Below, piece after piece: positions 52,310-64,000 of a DNA stretch of 64,000 nucleotides. The position numbers were made by a program, and so were the translations under genes. Source of the DNA: Malacoraja senta (Eukaryota); contig JAXLNO010001818.1 in assembly GCA_038087875.1 (NCBI GenBank), positions 62,001-126,000 on the forward strand. The letters run 5' to 3'. Within the stretch, counting starts at the first letter, position 1, and each line of letters starts with the position of its first letter. Below the pieces are notes generated by a model, which saw only the letters and a program-made list of their open reading frames with translations, did no database searches and was not told where the DNA came from.

Positions 52310-52900
52310 GAGTCTATTCAGTTATACAGGGCCTTGGTGAGACTGCACCTGGAGTATTTTGTGCAGTCTTGGTCACCTAGTTTGAAGAAGGACATTCTTG
52401 CTATTGAAGGAGTGCAGTAAAGTTCAACAGGTTAATTCCCGGGATGGCAGGACTGACATATGATACAAGAATGAATCGACTGGGCTTATATTCACTGGAA
52501 TTCAGAAGGATGAGAGGGGATCAGATAGAAACAGAAAACTAATAAGGGATTTGACAGACTAGATGCAGGAAAAATATTCTCAATGTTGGGGGAGTCCAGA
52601 ACCAGGGGTCACAGTTTACGAATAAGGGGTAGGCCATTTAGGATTGAGATGGGGAAAAACCTTTTCACCCAGAGTGTTGTGAATCTGTGGAATTCTCTGC
52701 CACAGAAGGCAGCGGAGACCAATTCACTGAATGTATTCAAGAGAGAGTTAGCTCTTAGGGTTAACGGAATCAAGGGATATGGGGAGAAAGCAGGAACAGG
52801 GTACTGATTCTGGTTGATCACCCATGACCATATTGAATGGTGGTGCTGGCTTGAAGGGCCAAATGGCCTACTCCTGCACCAATTTTATATGTTTCTATGT
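52310..52900 (+). mobile_element. CR1 3' fragment
   Basis: ORF 52583..52807 (SRTRGHSLRIRG...VVNLWNSLPQ) and the conserved CR1 3'UTR. Confidence 0.88.
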
Positions 52901-53384
52901 CTAAGTGGACAAACATGCCAAAGTGCATTTTTTGCTTTCCTGTCTACCCTTGTCGGCGTTTTCAGGTAACTATGAACTTGCAACCCAAGGACTCGCTGTA
53001 TATTAACACCGCTCAGGTTCTTACCGTTTATGTCCTACCAGAACATGACATGCCGACACGCACAACTTCACACATGTCTGGATTACATTCCTTCTGTTAT
53101 TGCTCCATCCAGCTCTCTAGCTAATCTGTATCCCACTGGATCCATAGACAACCTTCTTCAATGTACATGTCATCTGCAAACCTACTAATCAAACCACCAA
53201 TATTCATATCCACATCATATATACTATTCACTGCAAAACACAAAGGGCTGCAGAGACTCAGCAGGTCAGGTAATATTTGGAGGGATTTTATCCCATCCAA
53301 AAATAAACATTATTCAGAATAATGAAATATATACAAAACAAGAACAGGGCAAAAAACTTTTCTGCCATTCTCAGTGTCCAGGTG

Positions 53385-53950
53385 ATAAGACATAAAATGC
53401 TGGAGTAACTCAGTGGGACAGGCAGCATCTCTGGAGAGAAGGAATGGGTGACTTTTCAGGTCGAGATTCTTCTTCAGACTAGTTAGAGATCAGGGAAAAA
53501 AGAGATATAGACAATGATGTAGAGAGATAAAGAACAATGAATGAAAGATATGCAAAAAAGTAACGATGATAAAGGAAACAGGCCATTGTAAGCTATTTGT
53601 TGGGTGAAAACGAGAAGCTGGTGCGACTAGAGAACAGATTTTGATAAATAGACGGGTGGAGTAAGTGGCAATGGCTAGAGGTGAAAAAGGGTCTGAAGAA
53701 GGGTCTCGACCCGAAACATCACCCTTTCCTTCTCTCCAGAGATCCTGCCTGTCCCGCTGAGTTACTCCAGCTTTTTGTGTCTTATCACCTGTATCACTTG
53801 CCAGGCTTTGTCCCAGCCCCACATCTCTTTTTCAGCTTTCTATTACAATCAGTCTGAAGAAATGTCTGACCCAAACCATTGTCTGTCCATTCCAGACTGC
53901 AGGAGTACGTGCTGAGGGACTCACTGGAGAGTTTTAACCAGCATCAGCAG
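53385..53950. mobile_element. Inverted pair of Penelope-end modules with spacer; hammerhead-like motif at 53687-53726
   Basis: aagggt-CTGAAGA-A-gggtc tc gaccc-GAAACATC-accctt has a perfect 6-bp helix I, but the helix III palindrome is mutated. Confidence 0.75.
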
Positions 53951-54339
53951 TTCCTTCCTGTACATCCTGCCTTGTGCAGCATTGTTCTGTGTCTCCAAAT
54001 AGAGTGTAAATAAAACCTGGCATCCTCTGTGCCATTTAAATTAATTATGATTGATGTATATTTTTATTCCATGCAATCCTACAAAGTATTCCACAAATAC
54101 ACCACTCGGCAGCATTCAGTGGATGGTGCCCGAGGCAAGGCAGCTCTTTGAACTAGTTCATAGATCACATTTGTATTCTTTTCACATTGTCTTTTACAAT
54201 TTAGTTGACCAATTAGTTTAAATCTTTTTTCCCCCCAAGTTACTGAACTTTTTCCACAGGAAGTACTTTTTATGGCCCATTCTAGTGAGAATATTGATGA
54301 CTGAAAAACAAGAAAACTGTTCTACTGTACTCACTCTAT

Positions 54340-55250
54340 ACTCATGACTGCGTAGCCAGACATAGTCCGAACTCCATCATCAAGTTCGCCGACAACACCA
54401 CTGTTGTGTGACGAATCACTGATGGTGATGAGTCAGAGTATATTAGTGAGATCGACCGATTGACCAAATGGTGCCAGCACAATAACCTGGCCCTCAACAC
54501 CAGTAAAACCAAGGAACTGATTGTGGACTTTGGAAGGGGTAGGATAGGGACTCACAATCCCATTTATATCAAATTTATATGGTGGAAAGGGTCAAGAACT
54601 TCAAATTCCTGAGGGTGCATATTTCCAAAGATCTTTCCAGGTCCCAGCACACTGATGCAATTATAAAGAAGGCACATCAGCTCCTCTACTTCCTGAGAAG
54701 ATTACGGAGAGATGGTATGTCATGGTGGACTCTCTCGAAATTCTACATGTGCACAGTAGAGAGCAAACTGACTGGTTGCATCGTGGCTTGGTTCGGCAAC
54801 TTGAACGTCCAGGAGCGGAAAAGAATGAAGAAAGTTGTAAACACTGCTCAGTCCATCTTCGGCTCTGACCTCCCCACCATCGAAGGGATCCATCGCAGTC
54901 GCTGCCTCAAAATGGCTGCCAACATCATCAAAGACCCATACCGTCCTGGCCACACACTCATCTCTCCATTGCCATCGGGAAGAAGGTGCAGGAGCTTGAA
55001 ATCTGGAACATCCAGGTTCAAGAACAGCTTCTTCCCCACAGACATCAGGCTATTAAACACGACATCAAACAAACTCTGAACAATAACAGCCTATTGCACG
55101 TTATATGTTTATTTATTGTGTATATATATGGTCTATGGTATATAGACACACTGAACTTTTATCTCTGTATTATGTTTACATATTCTGTTGTGCTGCAGCA
55201 AGCAAGAATTCATTGTCCTATCTGGGACACATGACAATAAAACTCTCTTG
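54340..55250 (+). mobile_element. Rex1/Babar-type LINE 3' fragment
   Basis: IIKFADNTTVV upstream of ORF 54579..55079 (VERVKNFKFL.VHIS.DL...KKAHQLLYFLRRLRR...FKNSFFP). Confidence 0.88.
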
Positions 55251-55271
55251 ACTTTTGGGCAGCACTATTAT

Positions 55272-55581
55272 GGGTGGCACGGTGCAGTAGAGGTAGAGTG
55301 ACTGCCTCACAGTGCCAGAGACCCGGGTTCGATCCTAACTATAGGTGCTGTCTGTATGGAGTTTGTACGTTCTCCCTGTGACCTGCATGGGTTTTCTCCA
55401 AGACCATCGATTTTCTCCCACACTTCAAAGACGTACATGTTTATAGGTTAATGGGCTTGGTGTAAATATTAAATATTCCCAAGTTTGTGTGTAGGGTAGC
55501 GTTAAGGTGCGTGAATCGCTGTCCGGTGCAGACTCGGTGGGCCAAAGGGCCAGTTTCTGCTCTATATCTCTAAACTAAACT
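55272..55581 (+). mobile_element. V-SINE
   Basis: tRNA-like head with B box gggttcgatcc, V-domain and ctaaactaaac tail. Confidence 0.88.
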
Positions 55582-55889
55582 ATTAACGTGTGTATCAAAT
55601 CACTGAGGAGAATAAAGTCATCGAACACAGAAACTTGCGTCATAGTTTAAAAATAAGGGATAGGCCATTTAGGAGTGAGATAAGGAAAACCGTTTTCACC
55701 CAGAGAGTTGTATATCTGTGGTATTCTCTGCCACAGAAGGCAGTGGAGGCCAATTCACTGGATGTTTTCAAGATAGAGTTAGATTTAGCTCTTAGGGCTA
55801 ATGGAATCAAGGATATGGGTAAAAAGCAGGAACGGGGTACAGATTTTGGATGATCAGCATGCGTGCTGGCGCGGTCTTCACCCTCTGAC

Positions 55890-56340
55890 ATCTAGATTAT
55901 GAAGGGTATCTTCAACTCAAAACCTCCCAGGCCTAGGGACGTAGAGATATGGGTTGTTAACATTGTGCTACGTCAATTCGCCGGTGGGCTCCAGCTACAT
56001 CCCTGTCCTTGGTCAAACTCACTTACTCGTGATTATGCTCATGGCGCTGAGTTCAGCGCAACGGGTCCAGTCATTGCATAAGTTAACACTGGATAGGAAG
56101 ATCTGCGGGCAATAATAAGGTTTTATGTTTATGACTTAGTCAAGCAGAGTAGACCAGGGGCATAAGGTCAAACTAGATGTTTGCATATCCCATGGACCTT
56201 GGGTTGTGTGGGGTCACACATCTACACCAGAATGTTAAGGTCCCTAAGAGCCTTATAGACTCTGAACTAGCAATATTGTTAGTTACATAAAACCTCGTTA
56301 GAAGGTATCACTACAGACCATCTCCAGGTGGTTAAACGGG
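55890..56340 (+). mobile_element. Isolated DIRS-type tyrosine recombinase fragment
   Basis: KGIFNSKPPRPR...W.VNIVL, DLVKQSRPG and TISRWL-like stretches in shifted frames. Confidence 0.65.
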
Positions 56341-56976
56341 TCTGGCTTACGTGCCTACTCCTGCACCTACAGTATTTTATGTTTCCATGTAAATCTCACA
56401 TTCCAATTAATCTCCTCTCTCAATTTTCCCACCACCCACATTCACTTGGGGAAAATTACCTTCCAGTCAAATAACCTGATCCTACCTCACAAATGTTTAT
56501 AAACACTTTAAGTGTAACCTTGTTAAATGTCTTCTGAACAGAAGTGATTCATCTTCCCATTTTCTCTACCATCTCAAAAATGTACATACTTCAGCCGGCA
56601 TAACTACACTTTTACACATCCTTACTCTACTCTCTGATAAATTCACAGCAGGTCAAGAGCACAATTGCTCAAGCCCTGAGGAATGTATTGCTGGACTCGA
56701 CTCAATATTAATCAGCAAAGGACCCATGTTCTAGGCTATGATTACATTACAAATCTATCAAACAACCTTTCCATTTTCAGTGGAAAATAAGGTAAAATAA
56801 TGACATGGTGCTATAAACTTGACACAGAAATATAACATGTTGGAAATGATCCAACAGCATCTGTGGAGGTAAATAGAGTTGCAACATTTTAGTTGCCAAA
56901 TTAAATGATGAAGGTCTAGAATGTGAATTCAGATTTCCTCTCCTTAAGCTTGAACTTTTCCTTGCTTTCTGGGTAT

Positions 56977-57260
56977 TTAGTTTAATTTAGAGATAGTGCA
57001 GAAACAGGCCACTGAATCCTCGCCGACCAGCGATCCCCGCACACCATCACTATTCTATGCACACTTGGGAGAATTTAGAATTTTACTAAGCCAATTGGTA
57101 TGTCATTGGAATGTGGGAGGAATCCGGAGCACCCGGAGGAAACCTGCGCCTGTCATGGGAAGTACGTACAAACTCCATGCAGAGAGAAACCGTAGTCAGG
57201 ATCAAACCCGGGTCCCTTTGCGCTGTAAGGCTGCAGCTCTGCCGCTGCACCACCGTGCTG
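56977..57260 (-). mobile_element. V-SINE
   Basis: Tail, V-domain and head on the minus strand. Confidence 0.8.
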
Positions 57261-57879
57261 AACCATATTTTTTAGCATTTCCTGCCAAATCCTAAACTGT
57301 ATCAGAAGATGACTTCTCATGCAGTCTTGGTCTTATGCATTTCAAATATTGTTTTGAAAATATTACTACAATGGTTTATGAATAATAGAAGTGACTTACT
57401 ATACCAGTTAAAAATCATTGTGAAAAATTTAATTCCCTCCAAATTACATTCCCTTCTGTTGTGCAGCAAGTAAGAATTTCATTGTCCTATCTAGGACATA
57501 TGACAATAAAATACTCTTGACTCTTGAAGATGTGAGGAAGGGTCTCAACCTGAAATGTCACCTATTTCTTTTTGCCAGAAATGCTGCATGACCCACTGAG
57601 TTACTCCAGCATTTTGTGTCTATCTTCAGTGTAAACCAGCATCTGCAGTTCCTTCTTACAAAGTTATTCCTCTACCACCTGAGTTCCTACAGCAGTTGTT
57701 TTTATGATACTAGGTTGACATGTAATTGAGACATGCTGTGAGCTTCCATTCAAAGGAGGACAATTAATGCTCAATCCATGCACATTTTTACCAATGACGT
57801 ATTGTAAAGCCTTAACAGTACAATTTACATTCAGCTTTCTGATAATGCATTCGACCACAAACAGATGTCTATCACATTA

Positions 57880-58900
57880 AATTCTCTCAGATAAGGCTTG
57901 GAAAGTCTGAAAAGGGGTCTCGACCCGAAACGTCACCCATTCCTTCTCTCCAGAGATGCTGCCTGTCCCGCTGAGTTACTCCAGCTTTCTGTGTCTATCA
58001 TTGAAAGACATTCTCCCTCCCCCACACTTCCTGCAGCTTAACATGCTTCTTTTTTTCCTCCTAGAAAAAGACACAAAGTGCTGGGACAACTCGACGGGTC
58101 AGGCAGTATCACTGGAAAACATGAATATGTGGTGTTGTGGAACAGGATCCTTCTTCAGACTCATTGTGGGAGGTTGGGGGGGGGGTGGTATGGGCATTGT
58201 AGAGGGGGAGGGGGAGGGGGAGATGAAGGAAACTGGATGAAAGGCAGGGCAGGTAATAGGTGAACATAGGTGAGGAGGCGGTAATGGGGGGAGTTGATAG
58301 GGAGATTATTGGACAAGGGCCAGAGATAAAAATACAGAAGGTGCGCAACAAAATAATTGAAAAGTTGCAAATGGCAAATTTGGAAGGAAGGCGGAGAGGA
58401 AGGAAATAGCTGCTAGTCCAGGTGGGCTACAGGGGAGGGGGGCAACGGTGGGGAGAAATATGGGTGTGGGGGAGAAAGGGGAGGAGGAGGAGAGTAGGGC
58501 TTAGGTTTCCTAAAATTGGCGAGTTCAATATTCACACCATCAGGTTGAAAGCTACCCAAGAAGAATATTAGGGGCTGTTTGCATGTGACCTCACACTGGC
58601 AATGGAGGAGACCCAAGACAGAAAGGTCAATATGGCAATGGGAAAGGAAGTTCAAATGGTTAGCAACCAGGAGATCCAGTGCAGAAGTCCATGGCAGATC
58701 CAGTGCATATTTTCGGCGAAATGGTCGTGGAGTCAATGCTTGGTCTCGTCGATATACAGGAGGCCACATTGGGAACACCGGATGCAATAGATCAGTTTAG
58801 AGAAGGTGTACATGAATCTCTTGTCTCACCTAGAAGGACTGCTATGGTCCCTCGAGGCAGACCACAGAGGAGGTAAAGGAACAGATGTTACATCTGCAGT
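57880..58900. mobile_element. Penelope-like fragments: a plus-strand end module, then a minus-strand GIY-YIG remnant
   Basis: ORF 58413..58787 (VANHLNF.SH...DLSVLGLLHCQ...LIFFLGSFQPDGVNIE); motif ctgaaaa...gggtctcgacccgaaacgtc at 57907. Confidence 0.8.
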
Positions 58901-59429
58901 TGCAGGGGAGATTACCTGGGATGCCATGGTTTGTGTGGGAAGTGGTGAGAATTTTAGGTAACCTACCCCCCCCATTTCTTCCCCTCCCCTGTGCCCCATC
59001 TGGACTTGCATCTATTTCTGCCCTCCCCCGTCCCGTTCATCCATTCCTCTATTTTCACAATTCACCATTCTTTAATTCCTTTTGTCTTTTCATCTCTGGC
59101 CTTTGTTGTCGGAAAATCCTCTCTGCAACATTTTAGTTTAGTTTATTGTTACGTGTACCGAGGTACAGTGAAAAGCTTTTGTTACCTGCTAACCAGTCAG
59201 CGTAAAGACAATACATGATTACAAACTAACCATTTACAGTGTAGAGATACATGATGAGGGAATAACATTTAGTGCAAGGTAAAGCCAGTAAAGTCCGATC
59301 AAAGAAAGTCCGAGGGTCACCAATGATGCAGATAGTAGTTCAGGACTGCTCTCTCATTTTGGTATCTATCACCTATCATCTGCCATACTTTGTTCTGCCC
59401 CTCCTCTCTTCCAGCTTTACTCTTAGAAC

Positions 59430-60990
59430 CCTTTTTAAACAACGGAACAACATGCGTATTACGCCGTTTCTAATGACATTTGAAATATTTCTGTCAAAGC
59501 CCCTGCTATTTCTACACTAACTTCCCTCAATGTCCTAGGGAATATCCTGTCAGGACCTGGAGGCTTATTCGTTTTCATATTTTTCAAAAGTGTCCGCACC
59601 TCCTCTTCTGTGTATCTCATAGTTTCCATAGCTACTCTACTTGTTTCCCTTACCTCACATAATTCCATATCCTTCTCCTTGGTGAATACCGAAGAAAAGA
59701 CATTGTTCAATATCTCCCCCATCTCTTTTGGCTCTGCAGATAGCTGTCCACTCTGACTCTCTAATGGACCAATTTTATTCCTTGTTATCCTTTTGCTATT
59801 AATATAGCTGTAGAAACGCTTTGGATTTACTTTCACCTTACTTGCCAAAGCAACCTCATATCTTCTTTTAGCTTTTCTAATTTCTTTCTTAATATTCTTT
59901 TACATTCTTTATACTCCTCAAGCACCTCATTTACTCCATGCTGCCTATAATTATTGTAGATCTCTCTCTTTTTCCAAACCAAGTGTCCAATTTCCCTTGA
60001 AAACCATGGCTCTTTCCAATTTTTACTATTTCCTTTCAACCGAACAGGGGCATAAAGATTCTGTACTCTTAAAATTTCACCTTTAAATGTCCTCCAATTC
60101 TCTACTACATTCTTCCCATAAAACAACATGTCCAAATTCACTCCTTTTAAATCCTTTCGCATCTCCTCAAAGTTAGCCTTTCTCCAATCAAAAATCTCAA
60201 CCCTTGGTCCAGTTCTGACCCTCTCCATAATTATATTGAAACTAATGGTATTGTGATCACTGGACCTGAAGTGCTCCCCAACGCATACCTCTGCCACCTG
60301 CCCTGTCTCATTTCCTAACAGGAGGTCCAGCACTGCCCCTTCTTTAGTAGGTACCTCTATGTATTGCTGCAAAAAACTATCCTGCACACATTTTACAAAC
60401 TCCAAACCATCCAGCCCTTTTACAGAATGTGTTTCCCAGTCTATGTGTGGAAAATTGAAATCTCCCACAATCACTACCTTGTGCTTACTACTAATATCTG
60501 CTATCTCCTTACATATTTGCTCTTCCAATTCTCGCTCCCCATTTGGCGGTCTATAATACACCCCTATAAGTGTTGCTACACCTTCCCCATTTCTCAGTCC
60601 CACCCAAATAGCCTCCCTAGACGAGCCCTCTAATCTATCCTGCCAAAGCACTGCTGTAATATCTTCCTTGACAAGCAATGCAACACCCCCACCTCTTGTC
60701 CCTCCAATTCTATCACCCCTGAAGCAACGAAATCCTGGAATATTTAGTTTCCAATCACAGCCCTCCTGCAACCATGTTTCACTGATCGCCACAACATCAT
60801 ACTTCCAAGTGTCAATCCAGACTCTAAGCTCATCCACCTTTCTTACAATGCTCCTAGCATTAAAATATACACATTTAAGATACCCACCACCACTTATTCT
60901 CTGTTTATTATCTTTTTCTTCTTTCTCCCCTACATTTTGGGTCCGAGTGCTTCCCTTCTCTGCCTCCTGCCTTCCACTGGGCGTAATCTG
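59430..60990 (-). mobile_element. CR1 ORF2 5' part (APE endonuclease), second subfamily
   Basis: ORF 59833..61062: YFNARSI, ISETWL, GVYYRPP, GDFNFPHIDW, LDLLL and SDHNTISF. Confidence 0.92.
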
Positions 60991-61006
60991 GGCATAATCC
61001 GGAAGA

Positions 61007-63050
61007 CGCAGGATCATTTCATTCCAAAAAGGGAGAAAGATTCTAAGGGGAGTAGGAGGCAACCGTGGCTGACAAGAGAAGTTATGGATAGAATAAAACT
61101 AAAAGAAAAGATGTATAACACAGCAAAGAGTAGCTGGAAGCCAGAGGATTGGGAAACTTTCATAGGACAACAGAAGGAAACAAAACGGGCAATACGGGCT
61201 GAAAAGATGAAGTACGAAGGGAAGCTGGCCAGGAATATAAAGAAGGACAGTAAAAGCTTCTTTAGATATGTTAAGGGAAAAAGAGTAGAAAAGTCAAATG
61301 TGGGTCCCTTGAAGGCAAACACGGGTGAAATTATTATGGGCAACAAGGAAATGGCAGAAGAGTTGAATAGGTACTTCGGATCTGTCTTCACTAAGGAAGA
61401 CACAAACAATCTCCCAGATGTACTGGAGGACAGAGGATCTAAGGGGGTAGAGGAACTGAAAGAAATGTTCATTAGGCGAGAAATAGTATTGGGTAGGCTA
61501 ATGGGACTGAAGGATGATAAATCCCCTGGGCCTGATGGTCTGCATCCCAGGGTCCTCAGGGAGGTGGCTCTAGAAATAGTGGACGCATTGGTGCTCATTT
61601 TCCAATGTTCAATAGATTCAGGATTGGACGATAGCTAATGTTATCCCACTTTTCAAGAAAGGAGCGAGAGAGAAAACGGGGAATTACAGACCAGTTAGCC
61701 TGACTTTGGTGGTGGGAAAGATGCTGGAGTCAATTATTAAAGAGGTAATAATGGGGTATTTGGATAGCAGTAAAAGGATTAGTCCAAGTCAACATGGATT
61801 CATGAAAGGGAAATCATGCTTGACTAATCTTCTGGAATTTTTTGAGGATGTGACAAGTAAAATGGATAAAGGGGTGCCAGTGGATGTAGTGTATCTAGAC
61901 TTTCAGAAAGCCTTTGATAAGGTCCCGCACGGGAGACTGGTGACTAAAATTAGAGCACATGGTATTGTGGGTAGGGTTTTGACATGGATAGAAAATTGGT
62001 TGGCAGACCGGAAGCAAAGAGTAGGTCCTTTTCAAAATGGCAGGCAGTGGCGAGTGGAGTGCCGCAAGGCTCGGTGTTGGGGCCGCAACTGTTTACCATA
62101 TATATTAATGATTTGGAAGAGGGAATTAGGAGCAACACTACTAAGTTTGCGGATGACACAAAGCTGGGTGGCAGTGTGAACTGTGAAGAGGATGTTGGGA
62201 GGTTGCAGGGTGACCTGGACAGGTTGAGTGAGTGGGCAGATGCAGTATAATATAGATAAATGTGAGGTTATCTACTTTGGCGGCAAAAACAAGGGGGCAG
62301 ATTATTATCTCAATGGGGTTAGGTTAGGTAAGGGGGGGTGCAGCGAGACCTGGGCGTCCTTGTACACCGATCACTGAAAGTTGGCTTACAGGTACAGCAG
62401 GCAGTGAAGAAAGCTAATGGGATGTTGGCCTTCATAACAAGAGGATTTCAGTATAGGAGTAAAGAGGTTCTTCTGAAGTTGTATAGGGCTCTGGTGAGAC
62501 CACATCTGGAGTATTGTGTACAGTTTTGGTCTCCTAATTTGAGGAAGGACATCCTTGTGATTGAAGCGGTGCAGCGTAGTTTCACGAGATTGATCCCTGG
62601 GATGGCGGGACTGTCATATGAGGAAAGATTGAAAAGACTAGGCTTGTATTCACTGGAGTTTAGAAGGATGAGGGGCGATCTTATAGAAACAGATAAAATT
62701 ATAAAAGGACTGGACAAGCTAGATGCAGGAAAAATGTTCCCAATGTTGGGCGAGTCAAGAACCAGGGGCCACAATCTTAGAATAAAGGGGAGGTCATTTA
62801 AGACTGAGGTGAGAAAAAACCTTTTCACCCAGAGAGTTGTGAATTTATGGAATTCCCTGCCACAGAGGGCAGTGGAGGTCGTCACTGGGTGGATTTAAGA
62901 GAGAGCTACATAGAGCTCTAGGGGCTAGGGGAGAAGGCAGGCACGGGTTATTGATAAGGGACGATCAGCCATGATCACAATGAATGGCGGTGCTGGCTTG
63001 AAGGGCCGAATGGCCTCCTCCTGCACCTATTTTCTATTTTTCTATATTTC
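61007..63050 (+). mobile_element. 5'-truncated CR1 LINE (RT and 3'UTR), frameshifted
   Basis: ORFs 60937..61638, 61706..62179, 61984..62250 and 62338..62898; same subfamily as the split copy at 508-7558. Confidence 0.93.
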
Positions 63051-64000
63051 TATGAGATCTTATTAAAACATATAAGATTATTGAGGGTTTGGACACGCTG
63101 GAGGCAGGAAACATGTTCCCGATGTTGGGGGAGTCCAGAACCTGGGGCCACAGTTTAAGAATAAGGGGTAAGCCATTTCGAACGGAGATGAGGAAACACT
63201 TTTTTTTTACGGAGAGTTGTGAGTCAGTGGAATTCTCTGTCTCAGAGGGCGGTGGAGGCAGGTTCTCTGGAAACTTTATAGAGAGAGCTAGATAGAGCTC
63301 TTATAGATAGTGGAGTCAGGGGACATGGGAAGAAGGCAGGAACGGGGTACTGATTGTGGATGATCAGCCATGATCACATTGAATGGCAGTGCTGGCTTGA
63401 ATGGCCAAATGGACTACTCCTGCACCTATTGTCTATTGTCAACCTTGTCTTGCAATTGATAAAGTTCAGTTTAGATACAAACCATGCACTTACTTTTCTG
63501 TATGGTCTACTTTATTAAATCTCTTGTCTCTTTGCCCGGTTATAGGGTGCAAGTTGCATCAGGAGTTAAAATTGGCATGTAACAAAAGTAATGCTACGGT
63601 GGTTATGGGAGATTTCAATATGCAGGTGGACTGGGAAAATCAGGTTGGCACTGGACCCCAAGAAAGGGAGTTTGTAGAGTGCCTCCGTGATGGATTCTTA
63701 GAGCAGCTTGTACTGGAGCCGACAAGGAGAAGGCAATTCTGGATTTAGTGTTATGGAATGAACCGGATTTGATAATGGAACTCAAGGTAAAGGAACCATT
63801 TGGAGGTAGTGACCCATAATATGATACGTTTTAATCTGCAATTTGAGAGGGAGAAGGTAAAATCAGAACTGTCGCTATTGCAGTTGAACAAAGGGGACTA
63901 TGAGGCATGAGGGAGGAGCTGGCCAAAGTTGGCTGGAAAGGGATGCTAGCAGGGATGACGGTGCAACAGCAATGGCAGGAATTTCTGGGAATAATCCAGA
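63050..64000 (+). mobile_element. Further CR1 pieces: a 3' end (about 63050-63440) and an endonuclease-region fragment (about 63540-64000)
   Basis: ESRTWGHSLRIRG; VVMGDFNMQVDW...FVECLRDGFLEQLVLEPTR. Confidence 0.85.

Noticed and set aside
60937-61062. Overlapping divergent long ORFs suggesting one element with a 5' inversion or a bidirectional gene
   Set aside because: The two sides belong to different CR1 subfamilies (different linker peptides); they are two truncated copies abutting head to head.

Overview
This is repeat-dense vertebrate genomic DNA. The mix of CR1 LINEs, V-SINE/HE1-type SINEs and Penelope ends suggests a cartilaginous fish (inference). Two host genes lie in tandem on the minus strand. 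(1) An MHC class I-like gene is represented by an open alpha1 exon (49012-49272, 261 bp) and an open alpha2 exon (32718-32993, 276 bp), with compatible phase-1 splice sites across a ~16 kb intron. I could not find its leader, alpha3 or a full transmembrane exon. (2) About 6 kb downstream is an NXPE3-like gene (neurexophilin/PC-esterase family) with three identifiable coding exons: 26592-26723 (signal anchor), 19182-19969 and 9429-9502. Its catalytic SGNH exons are not in the window. Most of the rest is nested mobile DNA: many CR1 copies, five L1/Tx1-type insertions (all inside CR1 copies, one with a near-complete ORF2), and a structurally complete but decayed DIRS1-type element. Also present are a Buster/Charlie hAT element with cargo, two Harbinger-type MITEs, Rex1/Babar, RTE and Penelope fragments, and many ~100-bp Penelope-end modules carrying minimal hammerhead-ribozyme motifs, found as single inserts, tandem arrays and head-to-head palindromes. 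Coordinates of degenerate repeats are approximate. No searches or alignments were run; all comparisons are by eye.
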